Positions 55,235 through 64,000 of a stretch of DNA of 64,000 bases are shown here, one piece after another. Within the stretch, counting starts at the first letter, position 1. Each line of letters opens with the position of its first letter. The position numbers were made by a program, and so were the translations under genes. The notes beneath the pieces were generated by a model. The model searched no databases. It had not been told where the DNA came from and saw nothing but the letters and a program-made list of their open reading frames with translations. The stretch lies in IMG/VR virus record IMGVR_UViG_3300025417_000001; one strand, given 5' to 3'. This DNA comes from an uncultured virus (IMG/VR IMGVR_UViG_3300025417_000001). Its lineage: Duplodnaviria; Heunggongvirae; Uroviricota; Caudoviricetes.

Positions 55235-55494
55235 TATTCGTTATCTCCTTCTGAATCGTCTTCGTCATCTTCATCTTCATCATCTTCGTCAGAATCGTCA
55301 TCTTCTGAGTCGTCCTCATCTGAGTCCTCATCTGAGTCATCATTTGAGTCGTCTTCTGAGTCGTCTGCATCTGCTGTTGCATCTGCTACAGGAGCATCAG
55401 TTGCTGTTGCATCTGCTGTTGCATCTGCTGTTGCATCTGCTGTTGCATCTGCTACAGGAGCATCAGTTGCTGGGGTTGTTGTATCATCTGTCAT
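55234..55494 (-). CDS. very acidic low-complexity protein with TADA repeats
   Basis: 12-bp ACAGCAGATGCA tandem repeats, D/E/S tail; RBS aagga. Confidence 0.7.
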   Translation of the reverse strand: MTDDTTTPATDAPVADATADATADATADATATDAPVADATADADDSEDDSNDDSDEDSDEDDSEDDDSDEDDEDEDDEDDSEGDNE

Positions 55495-55529
55495 TTTATT
55501 TCCTTACCTAGGTTGACTTAAAGGATATC

Positions 55530-55691
55530 TTATTTCTTACCCTTTTGTGCCATCTTTTCCATCTTCTTAACGCCGTACTTTTTGATGCCAGCGGCTGCGG
55601 CTACAGCAGCAGGGTTCTTAGCACCAGACTTTTTAGCTTCAGCTTCAATCTTCTTAAAGCGAGAACCACTACCTAGTTTTGCTTTTGCCAT
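55530..55691 (-). CDS. small basic protein (53 aa)
   Basis: MAKAKLGSGSRFKK...IKKYGVKKM. Confidence 0.65.
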   Translation of the reverse strand: MAKAKLGSGSRFKKIEAEAKKSGAKNPAAVAAAAGIKKYGVKKMEKMAQKGKK

Positions 55692-55812
55692 TTTTCTTTC
55701 CTACTTTCTTTGGGAGCTTCTTACCCTTAGGAGTTTCCTCCTGCCATTGCTTTGCCATCTCTGGATGAGTAGCATACATCCAACCCTTTTGCGCTTGCGA
55801 TTTAAAAGGCAT
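55669..55812 (-). CDS. small basic protein (47 aa)
   Basis: MPFKSQAQKGWMYATHPEMAKQW; RBS aggag. Confidence 0.65.
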   Translation of the reverse strand: MPFKSQAQKGWMYATHPEMAKQWQEETPKGKKLPKKVGKKNGKSKTR

Positions 55813-55820
55813 ATTTACTC

Positions 55821-56930
55821 CTAAGTTTTAATAATGTAGTTGACTACTTGATAAGGTTGAATGTTATTGTGGGCAGCGCCTCCACCAGTAGATTCCACAG
55901 AACTGCTGTAATACGCAGTAGTTCCTGAACGGTCTGTTCCAAAAAACATTGTGTTTGATGATGCGGAAAATCCACCAATGGTCGTTGCTTCTGCAGCACT
56001 GTTAGTTCTTATCCTGTGAGTGTGAGAAGGCATTTCACCAGAGGATAAGGTGTGAGTCTCTTCGCCACCAGTGCCGCCAAGAGTAGAAAAAGTTCCTGAG
56101 TTCTTTCCTACTGGAATACGTCCACGCATATCTGGCAAGTTAAAAGTAGTTGAATTGTCCCCCGCGCCGTATGCAGTGCCAATAGCAGAATATAGGCCTG
56201 AATAGGTAGTTCTAGAAACGGCGCTTCCATCGCAGAGTAACCAACCTGAAGGTGCCGATGAACCAGCATAGGCCATAAGTGCTCCGCTAGGAGAATCTAT
56301 TGGTCCTTGTACACCTTGAACGCCTTGTGTTCCCTGTGTACCTTGAGTGCCTGTGGCTCCTTGTAAACCTTGTACACCTTGAGCGCCAGCGGTTCCTTGA
56401 TTACCAGTAAATCCTGTAGAACCTGTTGTTCCCTGCGCTCCTTGTGCGCCAGATTGACCTGTGTAACCTTGAACACCTGTAGCTCCTTGGGAACCAGTAG
56501 CTCCTTGCGTACCTTGCGCACCTGTTGTACCTTGTGCACCATTTAAACCATTTGCACCTTGTGTACCAATTGCACCTTGTGTACCAGTTGCGCCAGACGT
56601 CCCTTGAGTTCCTTGTGCGCCAGTGTTACCTATAGTTCCTTGCGCGCCTTGAGTTCCCGTAGAGCCTTGAACGCCCTGAACACCTTGACTGCCTGTTGTT
56701 CCTTGAAAACCTACATTGCCCTGAACACCAGTGCTACCTTGTAGACCTTGAGTTCCTTGAAGGCCTGTAGAGCCTTGTAAGCCCTGTGTACCTTGAATAC
56801 CTCGTCCTTGTACACCTTGCGCGCCTTGAGCGCCCTGAGAGCCTGTAGCGCCCTGTGCACCGTCATTTCCTGCGGGACCTGGAGAACCTTGTGGTCCTAC
56901 AGTCGCCCCTGTATAGAGGATATGTGCCAT
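55821..56930 (-). CDS. collagen-like protein with phage tail-collar domain
   Basis: Long G-X-Y (mostly GxQ) run, then APSGWLLCDG...FNLPD.RGR...NYIIK. Confidence 0.9.
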   Translation of the reverse strand: MAHILYTGATVGPQGSPGPAGNDGAQGATGSQGAQGAQGVQGRGIQGTQGLQGSTGLQGTQGLQGSTGVQGNVGFQGTTGSQGVQGVQGSTGTQGAQGTIGNTGAQGTQGTSGATGTQGAIGTQGANGLNGAQGTTGAQGTQGATGSQGATGVQGYTGQSGAQGAQGTTGSTGFTGNQGTAGAQGVQGLQGATGTQGTQGTQGVQGVQGPIDSPSGALMAYAGSSAPSGWLLCDGSAVSRTTYSGLYSAIGTAYGAGDNSTTFNLPDMRGRIPVGKNSGTFSTLGGTGGEETHTLSSGEMPSHTHRIRTNSAAEATTIGGFSASSNTMFFGTDRSGTTAYYSSSVESTGGGAAHNNIQPYQVVNYIIKT

Positions 56931-57217
56931 TATCTAGTTACTCTTAAAACCGCGACGTAACCAGTAGATGCATGTGAAAGAGCGTAGACCTCATCGTATG
57001 GTGGTAGGTCATCAATAGTAAGAGTTCCACCAGCGGAGATAGCGCAACCATAAGATGTACTTGTTACTCCTGTTGCTCCCACATACACAGCGTCAGTGCC
57101 TAGGTTTTGAATTTGCAGTGTGCAGTTGGTCTTAGGTCCCAATGCCGCCCATGAGTCAGGGGTTACCTTTGTTGGTGTTGTATCATTAATTGAAATGCGC
57201 GCATGTGAAAGTGACAT
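56930..57217 (-). CDS. small putative virion protein
   Basis: IQNLG...VYVG beta-rich pattern. Confidence 0.65.
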   Translation of the reverse strand: MSLSHARISINDTTPTKVTPDSWAALGPKTNCTLQIQNLGTDAVYVGATGVTSTSYGCAISAGGTLTIDDLPPYDEVYALSHASTGYVAVLRVTR

Positions 57218-57219
57218 TC

Positions 57220-57849
57220 TTAGTTGCTCCCTGGGTCTCCGCCATCAATGGAATTTAATATAAATGGTGATGGTGTTAGCGCAGGATAAGCTGGTGGTTG
57301 AGCTGGATAATAAGTAGGAGGTTCACCATCTGCGTATGCTAAGAACTGCGGATCGTTTACAAGTTCTTCAGGCATTACCTGTGTACAGTCTAGAGCTAGA
57401 AGAGTAAATCCTTCAGCGACAACACCCTTTTGTTGTGCTTGGTAAGGGCGCCATACTTCACCCTTCCATACAATTCTATGACGACCAGTATCATCTGGGC
57501 TATTCATAATACCAGGAACTAGTCGTTCCATATCAGTTGCGTTAACTGTTAGGTGCAAGAAGTCAGCGTTGTAGAAACCTTGTTGGCTAGTCTTTGCTTG
57601 GCCTTGTGTAATAACGGCGCGGACAATAGGAACTAGATAAGGTCCAGTCCAATGCTTACCGCCAGTAAATGTAGGAAGAGAATCACCTACATCGTAAATA
57701 GGATCAACCGCGGTTGTAATAGAGTCAAAGAGCCACCACTCAGCCAAAGTTCCAACAGGATTACGTAAATCCATGGTTATAGCGTTGGCGATAGCTTGAG
57801 TCTCAAAGTCAGTGGAGAAACGTCCACCAGGGCTACAGGCGCGGGTCAT
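57220..57849 (-). CDS. putative head-closure/neck protein
   Basis: DPIYD, RIVWKGEVW; start placed at 57849. Confidence 0.55.
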   Translation of the reverse strand: MTRACSPGGRFSTDFETQAIANAITMDLRNPVGTLAEWWLFDSITTAVDPIYDVGDSLPTFTGGKHWTGPYLVPIVRAVITQGQAKTSQQGFYNADFLHLTVNATDMERLVPGIMNSPDDTGRHRIVWKGEVWRPYQAQQKGVVAEGFTLLALDCTQVMPEELVNDPQFLAYADGEPPTYYPAQPPAYPALTPSPFILNSIDGGDPGSN

Positions 57850-57892
57850 GTTTATATTCTCCCGCATAGGGAAAGAAAATAAAGGGCAAAAA

Positions 57893-58582
57893 TTAAGGGT
57901 TGCTATTCCACCACATGTTGTAATACCTAGCATCAAGATTAAAGCGCTTCATATGTTGCGCTATGGCGCCAGTGTGGGCATAGACAGGTATGCCAGCGGC
58001 TTTAAGTTTGCGGAAGAAGACCACATCCTCGCTGACGTACTTGTTGTTAAGACCCTCTTGTTCAGCAAACATAGATTGCTCTGGGTACTTTTCGCGGAGA
58101 ATAGGGATGATTGATTTATGCATAAGAACTAAACCCATTCCCGCGCAGTCAATTTTAATCAATTCATTGTTAGGCAACGGGTGGATGTGCTCAATAGTAA
58201 ACTCATCAACATCATTAAATATCTGTGCCATTGGCGCGGAGAGTTCTCCTTCAGGCGCCTTTGAAATAAAGTAAATACCAGAGACAACTGGACAAATAAC
58301 TTTGTTCTTGGCTTCCCATAGCTTTTGTAAAATATCTAGGGTAAGAACTACATCACTATCTACCCAAAGTAACCAATCGGTTTTTAAATCATCAGCCCAG
58401 CCATCAAACAAAGCTTGGCGTTGTCTACCAATTTGATTACCAGCGCACCTACCGAAGTTGGTTATATTGATACCCATTTTCTGCGCATCTGAGATTGTGT
58501 AAACAAGACCTTGGGTGAACTTGCCATCCACCATACCGCCATCGCACCAACCGATAGTTAATGTATCTTTGCTTGATGCCAT
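57893..58582 (-). CDS. GT-A (family 2-like) glycosyltransferase
   Basis: WVDSD DxD motif, GMGLVL, SEDVVF. Confidence 0.8.
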   Translation of the reverse strand: MASSKDTLTIGWCDGGMVDGKFTQGLVYTISDAQKMGINITNFGRCAGNQIGRQRQALFDGWADDLKTDWLLWVDSDVVLTLDILQKLWEAKNKVICPVVSGIYFISKAPEGELSAPMAQIFNDVDEFTIEHIHPLPNNELIKIDCAGMGLVLMHKSIIPILREKYPEQSMFAEQEGLNNKYVSEDVVFFRKLKAAGIPVYAHTGAIAQHMKRFNLDARYYNMWWNSNP

Positions 58583-59364
58583 TACTTGTATTCCTTTGGT
58601 TGACGATATTGTGCTTTGTATGAATCAAAGAAACGAGTACGAAGTTTTTTAGTTACATTGTTCTGCTCTATTAAGTCTTTTTGATCACCAATAGACATCT
58701 CCCATGACTCACGCTTGAATGGGATTACTTGTGCCATCGGAGTGCCAGCAGGAATCAGACCTTCAAACTCCCAGTTATTTAACACAAATGGGAAGTTAAC
58801 TGGTGCTGTGTAAGTGTCAGTGTCTACGATGCCAGGAAGAATTGTGAACGGCGATTCTCTGTGCATTGGTTGTAAAAATAAAACTGAGTAACCTGGCTCT
58901 GTCTTAATTGACCAAGGATTAATCCATTTAGGATATGAGCCCTCATGACCATTACGCCCTGGAAGAGTTGGTGCCTGTTCTACTGGGTGAAATTGAATTG
59001 GACCATATGAAGGCCATTCATAAAATGGTTGAGTTGGTCTTAACTTCTTTCTTTTAATCTGAGCGGCGGTTAAAAGTTTAGTCTCACCTGTTTTCTCGTA
59101 ATGTTCTTTATCGCCGTAATCAATCTTTTTTTGAGATACGTAGACATCAGCATTTGTATAAAGGATATAACCACCAGTAATGGCGTCAAATACTGGCATG
59201 CATCGTTTTATAGTTCCTGTTGTGTTCCCATCACCTGAAGGTTTCTTATCGCCCCCGATATAGGATTCCATGTTCTTATACCAGTCGGGTACAGATGAAG
59301 TAGCGGGTTTAGGAGCAAACTCTTCTGGAACTCCCATTGTGTCTGTAAAGATTATTTGTGCCAA
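58582..59364 (-). CDS. conserved phage protein (DUF6065/dUTPase-like beta fold)
   Basis: PDWYK, TIKRCMP..D...GY, PGIVDTD, GTPMAQVIPFKR. Confidence 0.6.
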   Translation of the reverse strand: MAQIIFTDTMGVPEEFAPKPATSSVPDWYKNMESYIGGDKKPSGDGNTTGTIKRCMPVFDAITGGYILYTNADVYVSQKKIDYGDKEHYEKTGETKLLTAAQIKRKKLRPTQPFYEWPSYGPIQFHPVEQAPTLPGRNGHEGSYPKWINPWSIKTEPGYSVLFLQPMHRESPFTILPGIVDTDTYTAPVNFPFVLNNWEFEGLIPAGTPMAQVIPFKRESWEMSIGDQKDLIEQNNVTKKLRTRFFDSYKAQYRQPKEYK

Positions 59365-59396
59365 TTTATGCTCCGATTATTTAAGCGGTTATAGGG

Positions 59397-59738
59397 TTAC
59401 TCTACCACTTTCCAAGATGTGGTTGGTTCATCCCAGTAATAATCTTTGCCATCTGTAGGCATATCTACTGGTGCTTTCCAATGAGAACCGTCTTGAATCC
59501 ATGATGGGAATGGTTTAGGAGCAACAAAAATATCTTTTACAGAGTCATAAGTGTCATTAATTTGAGCATACTTGCCACGAATACGATGGTTGTAAGATGT
59601 ACGAATGCATTTTTGGTTACGAATAGAACCGTAATACGCTTCCCAATCAGAGATGCCGTCTACAACTTCATTCTCGTTACGACCAGTAATAACTTCGGTA
59701 ACGGTATTGTCTTTATCTAAGAATGCATAATGTGCCAT
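59397..59738 (-). CDS. small fibre-associated protein (MAHYA family)
   Basis: Paralog of 61180-61512; follows Gly-rich gene. Confidence 0.7.
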   Translation of the reverse strand: MAHYAFLDKDNTVTEVITGRNENEVVDGISDWEAYYGSIRNQKCIRTSYNHRIRGKYAQINDTYDSVKDIFVAPKPFPSWIQDGSHWKAPVDMPTDGKDYYWDEPTTSWKVVE

Positions 59739-61183
59739 TAGAAAGTCACCGTATCTGTTCCTGCTGTAAATTTAGTAATTTTATATCCGCCAGAAGTTGT
59801 AGTTGAAGCAGTTAATCCAGCACCTATTGTAGGGCTGTAAGAACTTGGATACTTAATAACAACAACACCAGAACCTCCAGAGCCACCTGTGGTTGGAGAA
59901 CCTCCTGCGCCACCACCACCACCTGTGTTGGTTGCACCACTTGCTCCAGCACCACCAGAGGCACCACCCCCACCACCGCCACCGCCACCACCATTGCTAG
60001 ATGCATAACGACCACCACCACCACCTGCATAATCTACTGCAGAGCCAGTAATAGAATTTGTTACGCAAGAACCGCCACCACCACCGCTGTTACTTGTTGT
60101 TCCACTGCTACCACCATTTACGCCAGAACCACCAGCGCCACCGCCACCACCGCCAGTTACACTGTTGTTACCACCAGCGGCGTAACTTAATCCGCCATTA
60201 TAACCTTGACCTGATGCTCCTGAACCACCACCACCATTGTATCCATAACCAGAACCAGAACCACCACCACCTGAACCACCAGCACCACCAGGATTAGCAG
60301 CGGGTCCGTAACCGCAACTGTTAGCGCCATTACCGCCTGCTGTAGATGTTATGGTTGAAAAAATACTGTTACTTCCACCACCACCAACAGTAACCGTGTA
60401 AGCAGTTCCAGGTGATAAGGTCAATGCTGATTCAGCAGAAGCGCCACCGCCAGTAGGTGCAACGCTAGAACGAAGACCACCTGCTCCACCGCCACCACCG
60501 CCAGAACCGCCTCCAGCACCACCGCTACCTCCTGAGCCTCCACCAGCGACAACTAAGAAGTCAGCGCTAAATGTAAATGATGAAGTAACAGAGTTAGAAG
60601 CAGAGGATGCTGAAGAAGTACCATTTGCATTAGTTGCGGTTACTGTATAGGTATAAGAACCAGCAACAGTTTCGTTAACTGTGATTGGGCTTGAAGAACC
60701 AGTTCCAGTTCTACCTGAAGAAGATGTAACTGTGTAGCCAGTGATTGCTGATCCACCAGAAGCGCCAGGTGTAAATGTAACGGATACAACACCAGCGGTT
60801 CCACCAGAAGCTGTGCCAATAGTGGGTGCTTGTGGCACTGTTGTTGCTGTTACAGATGCGCTAGATGTAGAAGCTGAGCTTGTGCCAGTAGCGTTAGTTG
60901 CGGTAGCAGAAAAAGTATAAGTTGTTGCACTCTGTAAACCAGTAACTGTTACTGGTGATGTTGTACCAGTCGCGGTAAAAGAACCAGGTGTACTAGTAAC
61001 TGTATAAGATGTTGGAGTACCACCAGTAGCTGCTTTAGTAAATGAAACTGTAGCCGCACCATTGTTATATGCGCGGGAAGTTCCTACGTTAGATGCGGTT
61101 GGGGTATTAGGGGTATCTGGAACATCGCTAATGGCAACAAGAATGCCATCTACGTTTTCTTCAGTACTGTGGCGAATGCTCAC
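59738..61183 (-). CDS. Fn3 + glycine-rich fibre-like protein
   Basis: Two Fn3-like repeats then VVAGGGSGG...GGSGVVVIKY. Confidence 0.75.
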   Translation of the reverse strand: MSIRHSTEENVDGILVAISDVPDTPNTPTASNVGTSRAYNNGAATVSFTKAATGGTPTSYTVTSTPGSFTATGTTSPVTVTGLQSATTYTFSATATNATGTSSASTSSASVTATTVPQAPTIGTASGGTAGVVSVTFTPGASGGSAITGYTVTSSSGRTGTGSSSPITVNETVAGSYTYTVTATNANGTSSASSASNSVTSSFTFSADFLVVAGGGSGGSGGAGGGSGGGGGGAGGLRSSVAPTGGGASAESALTLSPGTAYTVTVGGGGSNSIFSTITSTAGGNGANSCGYGPAANPGGAGGSGGGGSGSGYGYNGGGGSGASGQGYNGGLSYAAGGNNSVTGGGGGGAGGSGVNGGSSGTTSNSGGGGGSCVTNSITGSAVDYAGGGGGRYASSNGGGGGGGGGGASGGAGASGATNTGGGGGAGGSPTTGGSGGSGVVVIKYPSSYSPTIGAGLTASTTTSGGYKITKFTAGTDTVTF

Positions 61184-61512
61184 TTAACTTCCTCCCACGC
61201 TGTGGTAGTTTCATTCCAAACATATTGCTTACCGTCAGTTGGGTAATCTACAGGTGCTTTCCAATGAGAACCTTCTTGAATCCAAGATGGGAATGGTTGA
61301 GGGGCAACAAAAATATCTTTAACAGGATCATAAGTGTCATTTAATCCAGCATACTTACCACGAATCTTTGCGTTGTAACTTGTCTTAATCCAAGTACCAC
61401 CAAGATTTTCAATTAGCCAAGAGTAGCCTTCGTCACCTGCTGGGTCATTATTATCTCCAACAGTTACACGTAAGACTTTATTGTCTTTATCAAGTTCTGC
61501 CCAATGCGCCAT
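61180..61512 (-). CDS. small fibre-associated protein (MAHWA family)
   Basis: Start MAHWAE coupled to upstream stop; paralog of 59397-59738. Confidence 0.7.
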   Translation of the reverse strand: MAHWAELDKDNKVLRVTVGDNNDPAGDEGYSWLIENLGGTWIKTSYNAKIRGKYAGLNDTYDPVKDIFVAPQPFPSWIQEGSHWKAPVDYPTDGKQYVWNETTTAWEEVK

Positions 61513-62978
61513 TATGCAGTCCTTTGCCAAGTTCCATTACCAGTAAATGTGTGGTAAGTGTACCCACCAGAAGTTGTTACCGTTCCACCAGTTGCTGTTA
61601 TTGAACCAGTTGTGTAACGAACAATAACTAGTCCTGAACCGCCACCGCCCCCAGTGCCTCCAGTACTACCAGAATAGTTTTGTCCTCCACCGCCACCACC
61701 ACCTCCAGTGTTTACTGTTCCTGCAGTGCCGCCACCACCGTTAGAGTCACCACCTGCACCACCTCCGCCAGAACCACCTGTGCCACCTGTTATGTAACTA
61801 CTTCCGTATGCTCCAGCACCACCACCACCAGCATAGTAGCCACTTGCACCAGTTGACGTCGCTGTTGCCCATGAAGAATAGGTATTTAATCCTGCTCCGC
61901 CCTTACCCACGGTTGTTCCATTTGTATTATAAATACCTGCTTGACCAGCGCCTCCGCCACCACCAGTACCTGGGTGTGCTCCTGCGTTGTAGCCTTCACC
62001 GCCATCGTTTCCTTGTCCAACAGTTCCTGAACCATGACTAAATAAACCACCACCACCAGAACCGCCAGATGCTGGAGCAGGCGTACTTCCATAACCTCCA
62101 GCGGACCCTCCTCCAACTGCAGCAGTTAAAGCACCAAAGGTACTATTGTTACCGCTTGTTCCACCATAATTATCACTTGAAGGTGTTTGTGGGTAACCTT
62201 TTCCGCCGTTACCTCCACCACCTACTACTACGTTATAACTTCCTAAAGTTAAAGGCTGCGATAGCAACGGAAGTAATCCACCTGCACCGCCACCGCCACC
62301 ATTATTTCCAGCGCCACCGCCACCGCCAGCAATTAACAAAACATCCACTAGGGCTGGGCTTGGGGTTACTGAAGAGCTTGCATTAGAGTACGCAGAAGTT
62401 CCGTTTGCATTAACGGCTGCAATAGTAAAAGTATAAGACGTTCCTGTTGCAAATGTTCCTGTAACAGTGAGTGGGCTAGATGTTCCAGATGTAGAAAGAG
62501 AGATAGAAGGTGTGGAACTTACTGTGTAAGAAGTTATAGAAGAGCCACCTGTAGCACCAGCAGTAAATGCAAGACTGACTGTTGATGTGTTAGTTACAGT
62601 TGCGGTTGGGGTTCCTGGAACATCAGGGGCTGATGTGGCAGTAATGCTATTACTAGAAGAAGATGCCGCACCTGCGCCTGAAGAGTTTGTTGCTTGGGCG
62701 GTAAAAGTATATGCAGTACCAGATTGAAGACCAGTAACAGTAACAGGAGATGTACCAGTACCAGTAAAACCGCCAGGTGAAGATGTGACTGTATAACCAG
62801 TTACAGGGCCGCCAGTTGCAGCGTTCCCAGTGATAGTTACAGTAGCCGCACCATTGTTATAGGCACTACCTGTTCCTATGTTAGTTGCGGTACCAATAGT
62901 TGGAGCATCAGGTAAATCAAAGATAACTCTTGAAGGGTCGCTAATGCTGGCACCACGGAGGTACTTATAGTTAGCCAT
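61512..62978 (-). CDS. Fn3 + glycine-rich fibre-like protein
   Basis: Paralog of 59738-61183; GGSGLVIVRY...YTYHTF. Confidence 0.75.
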   Translation of the reverse strand: MANYKYLRGASISDPSRVIFDLPDAPTIGTATNIGTGSAYNNGAATVTITGNAATGGPVTGYTVTSSPGGFTGTGTSPVTVTGLQSGTAYTFTAQATNSSGAGAASSSSNSITATSAPDVPGTPTATVTNTSTVSLAFTAGATGGSSITSYTVSSTPSISLSTSGTSSPLTVTGTFATGTSYTFTIAAVNANGTSAYSNASSSVTPSPALVDVLLIAGGGGGAGNNGGGGGAGGLLPLLSQPLTLGSYNVVVGGGGNGGKGYPQTPSSDNYGGTSGNNSTFGALTAAVGGGSAGGYGSTPAPASGGSGGGGLFSHGSGTVGQGNDGGEGYNAGAHPGTGGGGGAGQAGIYNTNGTTVGKGGAGLNTYSSWATATSTGASGYYAGGGGAGAYGSSYITGGTGGSGGGGAGGDSNGGGGTAGTVNTGGGGGGGGQNYSGSTGGTGGGGGSGLVIVRYTTGSITATGGTVTTSGGYTYHTFTGNGTWQRTA

Positions 62979-63001
62979 TAGTTTCCTTTCTTAGTATCAG
63001 G

Positions 63002-63178
63002 TTATTCGGTTGGTGTTGGGTCAATAAACTTGGTGCCGTCGTATCCCCAACCAATTAATGCGTCACCTGCTGCAATCTCTACAACAGTTTGAATTTCTGT
63101 AAGAGGTACATCAGAAGATGCTTCAGCAAGAACTATATTGATAACTTTTGAATTTTCAATAATTGCAAAGTCAGCCAT
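63002..63178 (-). CDS. small fibre-associated protein (58 aa)
   Basis: MADFAIIENSKVINIV...IGWGYDGTKF; RBS aaggag. Confidence 0.65.
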   Translation of the reverse strand: MADFAIIENSKVINIVLAEASSDVPLTEIQTVVEIAAGDALIGWGYDGTKFIDPTPTE

Positions 63179-63189
63179 TTAATATCTCC

Positions 63190-63999
63190 TTAGTAGTACA
63201 GGTAAACAATTCCATTACCGCCGTTACCTCCCTTGCCTGGAGAACCACCAGAAGTGCTACCACTTCCTCCTCCGCCACCGCCACCAGCGCCGCCATTGCC
63301 TCCATTACCGCCTTGGTTTGAGTTAGCGTAACTACCTGTTCCTCCATTGCCTGCATAACCTGCGCCACCGCCACCGCCAGGAGAGCCGTAAGAGCCGTTG
63401 CTTCCAGAAGAATTACCTCCAGTGTAAAGTCTAGAGTTTCCTCCTGCTCCCGCTGGATTATTGCCAGCAGGACCGTTGTTTGCTCCCGTTCCGCCTCCAC
63501 CACCTCCAGTTAATCCAGAACCTCCATTAGAACCACTAGAGCCAGAACCAGCAGCCCAAAAACCGCCGTCTCCACCGCCTCCAGCACCTTCAACTGCCAT
63601 GGCTTGTCCAGCAGCAGCACGTTGCATTCCGCCATTATTTGCGGTTGAAGAACCGTGTCCACCAATTGGGTACCCACCTGCACCACCACAACCAGTTCCC
63701 GTAGCATTAGAACCAGCATTCCAAACACTGTTACCGCCCAGACCACCGTTTGCACTAATATTTCCGTAAGAAGATGCGCCTCCAGAACCTCCTGTATTGG
63801 CGTTAGTTCCATACGGAGCGTTATTACCTGTTCCTCCAGAACCAATAGTTACTACAGATGTAGCAGCAGTAAATCCCCAAGCAACACCGCCACCTCCACC
63901 TCCACCAGCGCCAGAGCCACCGCCATTATTACCAGCAGCACCTCCACCTCCACCACCAACGACAATAGCAAATACAGTGTTAACGTTTGCAGGGATTGA
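63190..63999 (-). CDS. glycine-rich fibre-like protein (partial, starts beyond right edge)
   Basis: Frame open to the edge (SIPANVNTVFAIVVGGGGGG...), ends GGNGIVYLYY. Confidence 0.75.
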   Translation of the reverse strand, partial: SIPANVNTVFAIVVGGGGGGAAGNNGGGSGAGGGGGGGVAWGFTAATSVVTIGSGGTGNNAPYGTNANTGGSGGASSYGNISANGGLGGNSVWNAGSNATGTGCGGAGGYPIGGHGSSTANNGGMQRAAAGQAMAVEGAGGGGDGGFWAAGSGSSGSNGGSGLTGGGGGGTGANNGPAGNNPAGAGGNSRLYTGGNSSGSNGSYGSPGGGGGAGYAGNGGTGSYANSNQGGNGGNGGAGGGGGGGSGSTSGGSPGKGGNGGNGIVYLYY

Positions 64000-64000
64000 A

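Noticed and set aside
55821..56930. DNA tandem repeat or satellite
   Set aside because: The 9-nt periodicity is explained by collagen G-X-Y coding.
59397..61512. Diversity-generating retroelement TR/VR pair
   Set aside because: Both copies are coding paralogs, differences are not adenine-specific, and no reverse transcriptase is in the window.
60058..62386. His-rich + strand ORFs
   Set aside because: Antisense shadows of GGT/GGA glycine codons; the same applies to 55158-55511 and most other opposite-strand ORFs.

Overview
Part of a large tailed dsDNA phage genome with a contractile (myovirus-type) tail. The host is most likely a low-GC actinobacterium, possibly freshwater: the window has WhiB, a DUF4192-like gene, an actinobacterial parS core and many leaderless TANNNT-N6-ATG starts. 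Layout: (i) 0.9-11.6 kb, + strand early region (DUF932, DUF4192-like, MoxR AAA+/VWA pair, many small ORFs) built from repeated promoter-gene-terminator units with unusually structured intergenic DNA; (ii) 11.6-40 kb, - strand nucleotide and DNA metabolism (class II RNR, TGT/DpdA-like, nucleotidyltransferase, phosphoesterase, SpoVS, RuvC, Cas4-like, WhiB, RecA, PolA, SSB, SNF2, dNMP kinase, S8 protease, primase, DnaB, DnaC-like); (iii) 40-64 kb, - strand baseplate, tape measure, tube, sheath, small basic/acidic proteins, a collagen-collar fibre and Gly-rich fibre modules. The most notable signals are non-coding and lie in the early region: three near-perfect T-shaped palindromes with compensatory changes (plus one variant); an array of three putative structured RNAs closed by a shared GUUG/CAGUA helix; hairpins displaying anti-Shine-Dalgarno loops complementary to the phage's own early RBSs; a perfect host-type parS core; and helically phased 11-bp tandem boxes upstream of the early promoters. 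All calls come from reading motifs by eye; no database search was run.
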